From Lama guanicoe (lineage: Eukaryota), in assembly GCA_013239625.1 (NCBI GenBank), contig MU053652.1, positions 2,668,001-2,732,000 on the forward strand: DNA of 64,000 nt, written 5' to 3'. Position numbers and translations under genes: made by a program. This document shows positions 1 to 10,974 of the stretch, in pieces; positions within the stretch are counted from its first letter, which is position 1; the number at the start of each line of letters is the position of its first letter. The notes under the pieces are model-generated. The model searched no databases. It was not told where the DNA came from and saw only the letters and a list, made by a program, of their open reading frames with translations.

Positions 1-940
1 CACTGCATAAGACATTGTCCTTGGGTGCCACCAAGGCACTCCTCCGGGACTGAGGCAGCAATTTCATCTTCGTTAACACTTCATCCTAACCATCTAAACT
101 ATCAATTTGAGCAGCATGCAAGGAAGGAAATCATGATACAACCAAAGGACAAAGAGTGAGGTGATTATAAAACTCTAGACCACAAAATATCAAGAAATTA
201 GTTTTTCCCCAGATTCCTTGGGAACTTTTGTCCCCAGTGACCTCTCCTGCTCCCTAACTTGTGCTCTGCCTTCCCCAGTTATAAAATAGTTCAATAATAC
301 CCAGTCCTCCTTAAGTCAGGCCACATGTCATGCTTCCCTGAGACTGGTCTCAGCACAGTTGTCCTTTTCCCCCACTTGCTATTAAAAAACAAATGGATGT
401 TATGTTGCTTTGGGTAGCATATGGAGTAAAAATAATTATCATGAATAATGAATCGGCTTAACAGTATATGAAAACCAGAAGTAGGGAAGTGATGAACAGA
501 AAATGATATTAAAATGCCAGCCATAGGGGCTGACCCTTTAAACAGACAAGCTGAAGAAGATGTTTTGATGTGACCCCTGAAGGGCAGTCAGCTGGCAGGC
601 TGCACCACAGTCATAGTCACTGAGAGGGCCAACTCCCCAGATGCTGAGGGACCAGGAGCATTTCCAGGAGCTCAAACCACTGCTACTTTCTGTTCATCTT
701 CCCAACAAAAGCTCAGAAAGTGCAAGGGCACCCCACAGACCACTAAGCACATTCCCAATTGTCCTCTAGGGAAATTTGATGCTGAAAAATGGACCTTTTC
801 CAAAGTAGTGGTTCAAGCCAGATGAGGAATTACAGAGAAGACGGCCTTCCATGGGTAAATACCCTGCCTCCAAATCCCCAATGTCTTCATTAGGGAACTG
901 AAAACACAGGCACACCAGCTGGTCTCAACTGCTTTGAAGC

Positions 941-1125
941 ACTGTGGCACAGTGGAAAGAGCAATGCTGTAGTGCTGGCAACAAGAGACTAGTATTCTAG
1001 TCCCCAGCTCTGCCAGGTTTTAGCTGGGTGACCTTGGCAAAGGTACTTAACTTCTCTGGGCCTCACTTTCCTCATTTGTTAAATGAGGTTTAATTAAACT
1101 ATGATGTCTTCTGGTTCTGAAACCT
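941..1125 (+). mobile_element. MIR-family SINE (MIRb/MIR3-like)
   Basis: MIR core: tagctgggtgaccttggcaaaggtacttaacttctctgggcctcactttcctcatttgttaaatgagg. Confidence 0.85.
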
Positions 1126-1254
1126 TACCTTTCAGCTTTACATTTGCGTCTTACATTTAAAGAAATTTAAAGGGGGTTCTTGGGTATTGTGTTTCTCAGA
1201 GATCTTGCCTTTTCAGTATTCTTCATTGGCTTTCCTTTCACAAGATTAAATCTA

Positions 1255-2200
1255 CAGTCTTCAGCACGACATTCAAGGTTCTTTGAGATCAACCCATGCC
1301 TATCTATCCAGCCACCCTCCTCTCACCCCTACCAATCATGTATTTTTATACTCTGGCAATACTGGACTATTTGTACTCCCCCATAATACTTGTCCTGCAA
1401 TTTCAAATATTTATTGAGCACGTACTCTGTGCTAGACACTGACATCAGTAATCCTTTGCACACACTGTTCACTTTGCTTTTACTGCCTTATATTAAGGTA
1501 GAGTTTGCTGCTGTAACAAACGAGCTATGTAATATCAATAGATTAACACAATAGAAGGTTATTTCTTAGTCATATAACAGTTCAGTGTGGCAAGCCGCCT
1601 TCCATCCAGGGTTCTTCAATTTTGCAGCTCTGCCGTCCTCTGAACTTCAGAGTCCTTTACTTCCAGAGCTAACAGCTGGGAAAGAGAAGGGAAAAAAAGG
1701 CACACTACTTCTTAACCTGGTCCAGAAATGATGTACGCCACTTCTGCTCACATACCATTAGTGATAACTGGTCACCTGGTTCCACCTAGATGTACAGGGG
1801 GCTGGAAATTGGTTGGGGCACTTCCCGGAAAAATCTGATGCTGTGGGAGGAGAGCATAAGTCTTTGATGGTCAACTAGACATCTCATACCCTTCCTTGAT
1901 TTGTGTACTTGGCAAAGTCTTATTCACCCTACAAACTTCAGTCCAAGTGCTACCTCCTTTGTGAAATCTTCTCTGACCTACGTAGGCAGATCTAGGTCCT
2001 CCTTTTCCTATGCCTCACTGCACTTTTCACATTTCTCCATTGTGACAATTATCATAATATACTGGGTGGTTTGCATGCCAGTCTGCTCAACTGGACTGTG
2101 AGCCTTGATGGCAAGAATATTCTCTTTTCATTTTTGTTTTTGGAAATCTTAGCATAACCTGCTAAATAGTAGTTTTACGATGATATTTAATGAATTAGTG
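1255..2200 (+). mobile_element. L2 LINE 3' fragment, interrupted by an MLT1 LTR (1491-1890)
   Basis: attcaaggttctttgagatcaacccatgcctatctatccagcc, resuming after 1890 with ggactgtgagccttgatggcaag and a TGAA-type tail. Confidence 0.65.
1491..1890 (-). mobile_element. MaLR solo LTR, MLT1J/I-like
   Basis: Reverse MLT1 3' end (tattaaggtag...gctgctgtaacaaa...aacacaatagaaggttatttc); also cacttctgctcacataccatt...ggtcac. Confidence 0.75.
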
Positions 2201-2419
2201 AATATTATCATTATAATAAAGTCATATAATAAATAAAGTCAATATAATAAAGTCAATGAATGGATGAATACCCTAAGGAAAAGAAGCTGGTTTTTACAGA
2301 GGAACAAAGACCTAAGTTAAAAATAGAAAGAAAGAAAGAAAACTATTGGTAATTTAAGATTATCCAAAATTCTAAAAGGAAAATAAGCTTTCTGTACAAA
2401 TGTTATAATTATAATTTGT

Positions 2420-2600
2420 ATTTTGCATTATTATTTACGTAGAATCTGTCTCTTTCCTAAGCTCCATGAGGGTAGGGACCATATACATACTGTTCTTTGC
2501 TCTGATTCCAGCATCTAGCACACTGGCACATAGCAAGTATTTCAGAAAGAATGAATACTCAGTAAATATTTCAGAAAGAATGTATGGATAAAGAAACGAG
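2420..2600 (+). mobile_element. L2 3' end
   Basis: aagctccatgagggtagggaccat...ccagcatctagcacactggcacatagcaagtatt...gaatgaat. Confidence 0.75.
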
Positions 2601-2619
2601 TGAAGACAGCACCCTTAAT

Positions 2620-3260
2620 CCCATGAGCCATATAATAAAGTGCATGGCTTATATGACGAGGGAAGTGTGGATGGGGCGGTGAAAACTTACACAACTAGAA
2701 AAACAGAACAGAGTGCACATCAGGACCTTACCATCATTACCTTGTACAATCCATGTCATCATCTTATATAAGAAGATGAACAAACGTTATTGGAGGAAGC
2801 TAAAAGTCTCAATGGGAATAGTTGTCTGTGAGTAAATGAGGACAAATGGATGTCTCTAAAATGGCTGCACTATGAAATCGCCTTTGTAAATTGGTTAATG
2901 AGAGAAGCAAGAAGCAAGAGTACAGACTATTACAGAGTTGTGACAACTGTGAAAAATACATTGATTGAGAAAAGACAAAAACATGTTTTTCACAGTCTTT
3001 GAAGAGGTATGGAGACAGTTCTTCAAACGTTTATAACACATTTATTCTCTTCATAGGTCCTATGTGACAAAATTTGGTTTAGATATGGCAGTTGGTTTCC
3101 AGTGGATTATTTGCCAGACTTTGTCATGGGAACCATCTTACGAGAAGGGCAAAGTGCAAATGTGTAAGCAACTTCCAGTTAGAACCTCTGCATGGGCTTG
3201 GCCCAAGTATCTTGAAATGCTGAGATGTCCTTAATATAAACAAGTAAGTGTGCAGCGTAG
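2620..3260 (+). mobile_element. Probable ancient RTE-X/L4-type LINE ORF remnant
   Basis: Hand translation across frameshifts gives MAY..EVW...TQLEKQN...RTLPSLP...LYKKM...LEEAK, then WFRYGS...PSYEK..KCKC...E...C. This resembles the RT-thumb and C-terminal Cys/His region of RTE-X elements. Confidence 0.4.
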
Positions 3261-3453
3261 ACTGATTTGTGGTGGTAACAAGGTTGATGCTGATGTTGAC
3301 AGGTGAACTTTTTCCAGAAACTGACCAAGATGTCGATGGTAGGTCTAGGCATTAGGTGACCTGAAAATAGGACATTTCATTTATTTTGCACATCCCTGAT
3401 GATATGCAAGCATACAACTATTGGCCTGCCCTGAGGAGCTATCTGTCTCCCCT

Positions 3454-3859
3454 TGTGGCAGAAACTGCTATGAGCTGTGTACGCAGCTAGACTATACTTC
3501 CTAGCCTCTCTTAAAGTTTGGCAGGACCATGTGACAGAGTTCTGGCTAGTAGAATGTGGATGTAAGTGATGGGTACCAGTACCACGTCTGGCCCATAAAA
3601 AAACCTCCTGTGCATTACTCAGCAGGCTCTTTCCCCTGCTGGCTAAATGGAGAGGATTTCGAGAATCTAGAGAAAGCTAGAGCCATGGGTTGGAAGAAGT
3701 CCCTGCATCTCTGCATAGGATTAACCACCACATTCTACATTTCCCCACCCCTATCAATCTATGTTGTACTATGACAAGAACAATATTATTTTTATTGGGC
3801 CAAACCATTGAGATTTTGAAGTCATTTGTAGTAACAATTAGCCTATCTTGACTAATACA
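3454..3859 (+). mobile_element. MaLR solo LTR, MLT1J/I-like, both ends present
   Basis: Starts tgtggcaga, ends gactaataca; internal ccatgtgacagagttctggctagtagaatgtg; flanks cccct/accct match 4 of 5 as a TSD. Confidence 0.85.
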
Positions 3860-5464
3860 ACCCTATTTCCCAACTTCTCTCCTGGTCACAAGTAGAAGGA
3901 GAGACTAGGCTGAATTTCGGGAGTCTCAGTCCACAGCTTCAGAGGACTGAGACAAAGGAAGATATCAGAGACAAAGCTCAGCGTCAGAGAATATTGTGTT
4001 TAGTGGGATTCTGGAGTTAATTTTAAAGCTTAGACATTCCCACAGAATGAATGTGAATGCTGAAGCCATGAATGTGAGCCTCTGCTTATCTAAACAGTCC
4101 CTTCTGGACATTTTCATACTCTTGGGAGAACAGTGAATAACCATCTCCCCACCATAGTTATCATATGAACTTCCAATATAGTCTATTTGATTTAATATGC
4201 TTGGGGTCTAGTCAGATAGTAGCATATTTAAAACCTGTCTTGCTTTTGCTTTTGCTTTTTGCTAAACATGGTAATTAAGAAGAAGAAAAAATAAATTAGT
4301 AAGTAGCTTTGTGTTTAGAAGTATATTCCAAAAGAGATAGTGCAAGGTTTGGTTGAGCACAATACTAATGGACAATTATGGGGGAGCCAACCAAGCATTG
4401 TGGCAAAAAATGAGGTCTTTGGGTGCTTGCCTGAAGATGTTATTGGGAAACTTTTGTTTACTTACCAGACTTTGAAAATTAAATTCTTCTTCAAGTAGCC
4501 TCGGGTGTTAAGGACAATAAATAGAAATGTGCTGATTGAAAACATTTTTAAAGACGACTTGTTACAGCCTTTAAAATTACAAGGAATAAATACAGTTTAA
4601 AACAGGATATTCCAAATTTATTTAGCCTGCCTGACAGAAACACCAAGCTTAAAAGCTGGATTCTATAGGTCATCTTTGTACAGATGCTCTACCAAATGAA
4701 ATTTGGCAGGGACTTGTGACAGCGGCCCTAGAAAATGCTAGATAGCTTCTTTCTGTAAACTTGAGCTCATTATAAGAAAGGGGAAATTGATCTCTCTATC
4801 TTGGGAATGCCAAGAGAAAGGGATGAACTCAGAGATAGTCAGGACCTAGGGAGAGGAAGAGGTAAGAGATTTAGGAGAAAGTCTCATTTTTTGGAAGAGT
4901 CCCTTAGGGCTGACATGAAAGAGGCAGTCTTTGGATAGTACTTTTCTCTTCAAGAAGTAAATTCTACTGCCCTGTTTTCAAGGGGTACAAACTAAGCCAA
5001 GATGATCCTCATCTCTTCCTAAATCTTCTATCCCCTTTCCCAAGGCATTCCATTCCTTTTTCTTCCCATCTAAAATCCATGGCTACAATTAGATAGCCAG
5101 GTGTAGAACTGGTATCCCTTAAAGCTCATCATCAGAACTATGTCAAAATCAATAGAAATCCAGCAGCGGAACAGGTGGGCTTAAGGAAATGCTGCTAAGG
5201 TATATTTAGGGAACTGAGTATCCCACAAGATAGGATCTATTGATCAACACAAAGGATGTATGACCTTATATATCTGCTAACCCGAGCCCTCTGGATTTGA
5301 CAGGAGTTCTTAAGCAGGGACTGGTGTGGCCATACAGAGCTATATTATGTGAGTGCTTCCCAACCCCTTCTCTCAATGATCAGATTCATTTTCCCCCCCA
5401 AAGTTATATGCTTTGAAAGATTTTTATTTATTGAATAAGTCACATTTATAATGAAAATATATTA

Positions 5465-5690
5465 AGTATTTATTAGGTACCAGGTATTGTATTAATGAGT
5501 GCTTTATACATATTATCTAAAATCCTCAAGTAGTCTGAAAAAAAACAAAAAACAAAAAACAAATGATTAGCCCCATTTTACAGATCAGTAAACTGAGGCT
5601 CAGAAACATCAAGTAAATAGCCCAAGTCTTATTGCTGGAAATGAAATTCTGATTGGCCTTACCTCCACACCCACATTCTTTCTAGTAGAC
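5465..5690 (-). mobile_element. MIR SINE
   Basis: ccccattttacagatcagtaaactgaggctcagaaacatcaagtaaatagcccaag. Confidence 0.85.
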
Positions 5691-6204
5691 TTTCTCTACC
5701 CTGTATAGACAACACGCAAATCAACCAAAACTTCTTATTGCAAAGATGGTCTTTACAATGAATTGATGTGGCATAATCTCCCCTCTCTTCCAGCCCCCTG
5801 TTTCTGCCAAAAAGAAAGATATTTTCCATTACTTAGTCAACCTGTTCAGTATTTATTGTAAGTAAATATACAATGTCTTCTAGGCTTATTTTAAAGTATT
5901 AGACTTGGTTCAAGAAATTCTATTACTACCCTTATAGAATTCTGAGATCCCAGAAAACCCCAAACGGAAACTGGAGCTGGCAGTTCAAAACAAATGGAAG
6001 TTGGACAGAGGGAGTTCAGAACACAAATCCAGGCACAGACCTCCTCATCTGGGATTCTCCCACCCCTTTGATTTATTGAGTATTCAGTGACATGCCATTG
6101 GCTGTCATGAGGCAAGGAATCCTTCAGGAACACAAAATGTGTTGGGAACACAGGGAGTCATTGAAATATGCCAATCTAGGATGAGTGGTAAAAGAACCCC
6201 TTCT

Positions 6205-6345
6205 TTTAAAAAAAAGAAAATAAGTGAGGAGAGAGAGAGACATGGAGACAGGCAGAAGAAAGAGGAGGAAGGAAGAGGAAAGAAGAAAAACAGGGAGGAT
6301 ATATAAAAAGAGGAGGGAAAAAAAGAAGAGAAAAGGAAAAGGATG
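6205..6345. repeat. GA-rich low-complexity polypurine tract
   Basis: Almost exclusively A and G on the + strand. Confidence 0.85.
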
Positions 6346-7529
6346 TATGATCCTTTACACTGTTTGTTCTTGTAACTACTGGTGGGGTCATCATCACCAA
6401 ATACAGTGATCCTCAATGGAGGCAAGTTTAAGTATTGCTAGATTGGCTGGCAGTGCTATTGTTGAAGAACTATTTCCTCAAAGGGATCTTCCACCGCCTC
6501 CCTGATCCAACATGTAACTTGGAAGCCAGAATCTTTAAAAATTACAGAATAATTGGAGAAAAAGGATATTACTAATTACAATAGGAAAATGAAAATTGTT
6601 AGTCCAGTATCCAAGGTTAAGTTCTGTCCTGCTATGCAGAAAATTCACAACTCCTCTGTCTTTGTGCTAGCTGAAAAACAAAATAACAAAAACAAACATA
6701 AAGAACAAGAAATAATAACCAAAAAAACCTATCTGGGTATCCAGAGACCTTGAGCAGAGTTTAACTGACTTGGCTATTTAATCATTGTGAAATAAAAGTA
6801 TTTATTTGGAGATTTAAAAATAATTCATTTTTCCTTAGAAACTCAAACTTTAATTTTAATAATGAAATCCTTTAACCTAGTTGCCTATATTTTCAATGAA
6901 TTAGTTATTTAGTTGATAGTAGCTAAAAGATAAGGGGTAAACATCAACTGAAGGAACAGATGCATATTTATCCCTTACTCTAAAATTTAAATAGTACTCA
7001 AGAAGCAACTAAAATCTATCTATTCTGCACAAAGGAAATGTTCTTCCTTAATTGTTTATTCTAGAGTCTAAAGTGGTTTTGGTAGAGGGGGAGGAATGGA
7101 AAGTGAAGGGAGAGTTATTTTTAAATGCCATAAAATGTCTTCTGTATCTGAACTCCCAAAGTGTTCTGACTGTCTTTAATAAGTGTTAGCAAAAAGATCT
7201 ACTTATCCATAGTTAAATTCTGGCTAATGTCCAGTTTCAGAGTACCTTCTTCTGGGCCCAGAGAAAAAGCAGTCTCTGCTAGACTTCATATTCCAGAATT
7301 TTCTGCCTTGATTGACCACCCTCAGGGATAAACTTGAACTCCTGCATCTACTCCATAAAGAGGATAAAGCCTCAGTCTTAATCCGCTTATCCTTTATGCA
7401 GGATAAATGCTGTCTCCTAGGTGCCAGGCAACAGCTCAGAGTGCCTTTATCTGAACATTCAAAGTAGAGATAATCATTTTAAAAGAGTGCAAGTAGTCAA
7501 GTTCCCATTTTTAAAAGCTCATTTTTGAA

Positions 7530-8465
7530 CAGGCTATCATCACCTTAACCCAATGATCAGTATTAGCTTCATTAGTAGTGCAACAACCAGACATTATACA
7601 CAGCCTAATATGATATAGTAGGAAGTATATAGCATTACCCTATGAAGAAGTCTTACCAAAATGTTTAGCATGATTCCTATCAAGCCTTTAGATCTAACTT
7701 CAAGCTTACAAGAAATAACAGAGGACAGAAGAACAAGTTTAACAACACTATGAGAAAGCAATCAGACAAACCCAGCAGGTGGGACAGTCTGTAAGACAAT
7801 TAGCCCAGAATTGTTAAGAAGTCAATGTCATGAAAATAAAATATTTGTGGGTGTGGTATCAGGAGACATGTCTAGATTGGGAGCCTTAAGAACATAACAA
7901 CCAAATGAAATCTGTGGATCTTATTTCAATTAACCATCGTTAAAAGATTTTTGGTGGGGGTGTGAAGTGGGGAGTTATTCGGAAAGTGTATAGAGTTTGT
8001 TTGGCATAATGAAAAAGTTCTGGAAATAGTGCTGGTAATTGCAATACATTGTGGAGGTACTTAATGCCACTGAATTGGACATATAAAAATGGTAAATTTT
8101 ATAATATTTTGCATATTTTACCATGTGTTTTTTTAAAAAGACATTATGCAAACAGGAAGTATTTGAATGTGGGTGGGTATTAAATGCTATTGAGAAATTA
8201 TATAAATCATAGTGAAGTATGAAAATGGAATTGTTTACCTAACAAAGATGTATTTATTATTTAGAAATGAATGTTGTAATATTTAAGGGAGAAATGTATA
8301 TATATATGTATTCATAATTTGCTTTAAATTACTTCAGCAGAAAAAAAGAAAAAGGAAAAATGGAGAATATATGGCAAAATTTTAGTAATTATTTGATCTA
8401 GGTGATGGGCATTGGATGTTCATTATCCTATTCTAATTCCTGCCATATATATATACATTAGAATT
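7530..8465 (+). mobile_element. Old L1 3' end (L1ME/L1MC-like), containing an L1MB-type 3' piece at about 7950-8140
   Basis: caccttaacccaatgatcag...gcaatcagacaaaccc; gaaaagttctggaaatagtg...cttaatgccactgaattg; gatctaggtgatgggcattggatgttcatt. Confidence 0.75.
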
Positions 8466-8655
8466 TTGCAGAGGAGAGAGGAATCATGGACAAATCACCT
8501 TTCTGTAAAAACAATACTATGACCGGAGTTCTGAATTGGAAATATAAGTTACTGTGAGGTGATGCTCTCTGGAAGGCCAGACTTTCCAGGGTAAGCAGGT
8601 GGGTGGTGTATGAGGAGTGTCAGTGGTTAGAGTCATATAACTCTAACAGAGGCAT

Positions 8656-8970
8656 TGCTGCCAAAACATGGCCTCAGCAACCCACTTACAGATTTGAGAC
8701 TCGAGGACAGAATTTTGGATGAAATAGAAAAGGCAGCTTTATTTCTTTGCCAGGCAAAGGTCACAGTGGGCTAATGCCTCTAAGACTGTGAGCCTGCTGG
8801 GGAGAAAAGATAGGGAGTTTTACAGTAAAATTTCAAGAGCTCAGGGGGCAGAACTGTTTTCCATAGAGATCATATATAGGGTATCAAATTGTTGCAAAGT
8901 TCTTCTTGTTTTCCCTCTGCTGAATATGAAGTTTACCTCTGGCTTTGGGACTCTTCTAATATTCTTGCAC
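8656..8970 (-). mobile_element. ERV1-class LTR fragment (R/U5 end), laurasiatherian type
   Basis: TG terminus; agaattttggatgaaatagaaaaggcagctttatttctttgccaggcaaagg...ggctaatgcc; AATAAA on the minus strand near 8740. Confidence 0.65.
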
Positions 8971-8971
8971 C

Positions 8972-9362
8972 CATAACAAAGGGTGCTTAGGAAGGGGATC
9001 TGTGTAAAGGTGCTCTTGAGGAAGAACTTGTGTAGTTTGAAGTCAGGTTGATAAGTGCATCTAGCATTTCAAGCAGGCTGAGGCATGGGACTGCTTGCTG
9101 CAGGCTGAGACCTGTACTTTGAACAACAGAATACAAAGAAACCATAAGGGGCTAAAAATAACTGCAAACATGTGCAGTTGGGGCAAGTTATGAACAACAA
9201 GATGCACAAAACATCCAACTGCCATTTCTGAGGGTGTTGTGTGAAGAGGAGGGCTCTGGGGGCAAAAGCAAGGCATTGAGTATGATCCTTGCATGCAGCA
9301 CCACAAGGGGGTTGGGCAGACCACCCAAGCCTCCCTCCTCTCCAGTCTAACCCTGGTCAGCA
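8972..9362 (+). mobile_element. ERV1-class LTR fragment (U3 part, 3' truncated)
   Basis: aagaaccataaggggctaaaaataactgcaaacatgtgcagttggggcaagttatgaacaacaaga...ccaactgccatttctga...gcaaaagcaaggc. Confidence 0.6.
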
Positions 9363-10190
9363 AGAGCATGAGAAAAACTCTTTAAACCATTATACAGTTA
9401 AGCACTTACAAACACCATTACCAATATCAAATGGTCACTGATGATTACAGTAGGGTCCTGTTCCGCTACAGTGTTACATATAAAAAAGCAGCCAAAAAGA
9501 AAGTTCAAAACAATGAAGAAAAAGTTTCAACCCCAAACCAGAGTGCCAGAATTCTTCACAGAGAATCATTGCTCTCAGCTATAACTGGCTCCCCAGCTCC
9601 CCCCACATCCTCCCTTGGGGTTTGGGCTGCTTAATTGCACTGAAAGTTCAAACCCGTGTAGTTCTGGTAGCTAAACAGTGAGAAAAAGAACTGTTTTCAT
9701 CAAAGGCACCCTGTAGATCATTTCTCTTTTACAAATCAGTGCACCAGAAAGCAAGTCGCTAGGTTGTGTCTCTTCTATATAGGTTTAAAGTTCATCTCCA
9801 TCCTTATTCTTCTTTGTGAATAGAACTTTAGTGTACCCTGATTAGAAGTGCACTCGGAAGAGAAGGGAAGAAGACTTTGAAAAAAAGAACCACTCAAGGC
9901 ACGAATACAGTTAAGCTCTGGGAATTAAAATGCATGGCTTCTCCTGTCCAAAATACCTGATAACATCTGCAAAGCACTTCATTTATACCAACCATTGTAA
10001 TCTATAAAATGCAAATTGCTTAAATAATTCTGCAGTTTCTTTATGGGTCAAAAGCTTACTGGAAATCTTGAAATGAGCAGCTTCTTCTAATGGGTTTTGG
10101 GTTTGCAAGGAACTATAAAACATTCTTACTCACCAAGGCATTTGACTCAGGTTTGGGTTGACCTTTTCTTTTTGGCTACCCACATCCCTA

Positions 10191-10332
10191 CTTATTGTTT
10201 GTTTTTGTTTTTGTTTGGAGGGGAGGTAATTGGATTCGTTTATTTACTTATTTTAGTGGAGGTACCAGGGATTGAACCCAGGACCTCGTGTGTGCTAAGC
10301 ATGTGCTCTACCACTGAGCTGTGCTCTCCCTC
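10191..10332 (-). mobile_element. Camelid tRNA-Ala-derived SINE (Vic-1 type)
   Basis: Minus strand agctcagtggtagagcacatgcttagcacacacgaggtcctgggttcaatccc (A and B boxes) plus A-rich tail; TSD ggctacccacatcccta/ggctacctacatctcta at 10174-10190 and 10333-10349 (15/17). Confidence 0.9.
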
Positions 10333-10879
10333 GGCTACCTACATCTCTATATCTCTGAGAGGAATCTTCCTCCAACTACAGAGCATCAAGGAGAGAAACA
10401 TCAACCCTCTCCCTAACCTCTCCCTCCTCTTCTGTAAGAGGAGACAGTACTCTGATTGCAGGCATAGATCCACACTTACAGTAGGTAGGGTCATTGGGCC
10501 TTCTGCCTCCCCCTTCCTCTCCCCACTCTCTCCCTTCCCTCTTCCCTTTCCTCCTTCGACGTATCCTCAGTGTTAGGAAGGCAGTTCTCCCACACACAAT
10601 GAAGTTCAGCTATTTGGTTCTCTATTCTTGCAAACGCTCTTGATTGCTTTATCATCACACCCAGAAAAAGGAATTAAAATTGCAAGACTCAGGTTTGGGC
10701 TTAGGGCAAGGAAAAATGCCCCCTTAAATCTTCTGTTTTAGCTGTGAGATCTGCACCACCATTTAAGGTGCAATCTGATTAATAAAATGTTATAATACTA
10801 TTGACTAATGTCAGGAGTAAGGGTGGTACCTGGGTTAAGCCTGGGTTTAGGCATTCTCTTATGCATTGGTCTAAAAATA

Positions 10880-10974
10880 CTTTTCTTTCTTTCTTTCTGT
10901 CTGCCTGTCTATCTATCTGTCCATCCATCCATCCATTTGTACATCTACCTACCATCCACCTCTGTATGTATCTA
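10880..10974. repeat. Compound tetranucleotide microsatellite (TTTC/TCTG/TCTA/TCCA) at the L1 tail
   Basis: Read directly from the sequence. Confidence 0.8.

Noticed and set aside
2212..2585. Short tandem duplications (tataataaagtca x3; tatttcagaaagaatg x2), also at 47876-47926
   Set aside because: Ordinary slippage duplications with no regular repeat-spacer structure, so not CRISPR-like
10255..10330. tRNA-Ala gene calls for the four tRNA-like sequences
   Set aside because: They have SINE tails, TSDs and disrupted stems, so they are retroposed SINEs
10097..10576. 159-aa ORF
   Set aside because: Runs through an antisense SINE and a pyrimidine-rich low-complexity tract
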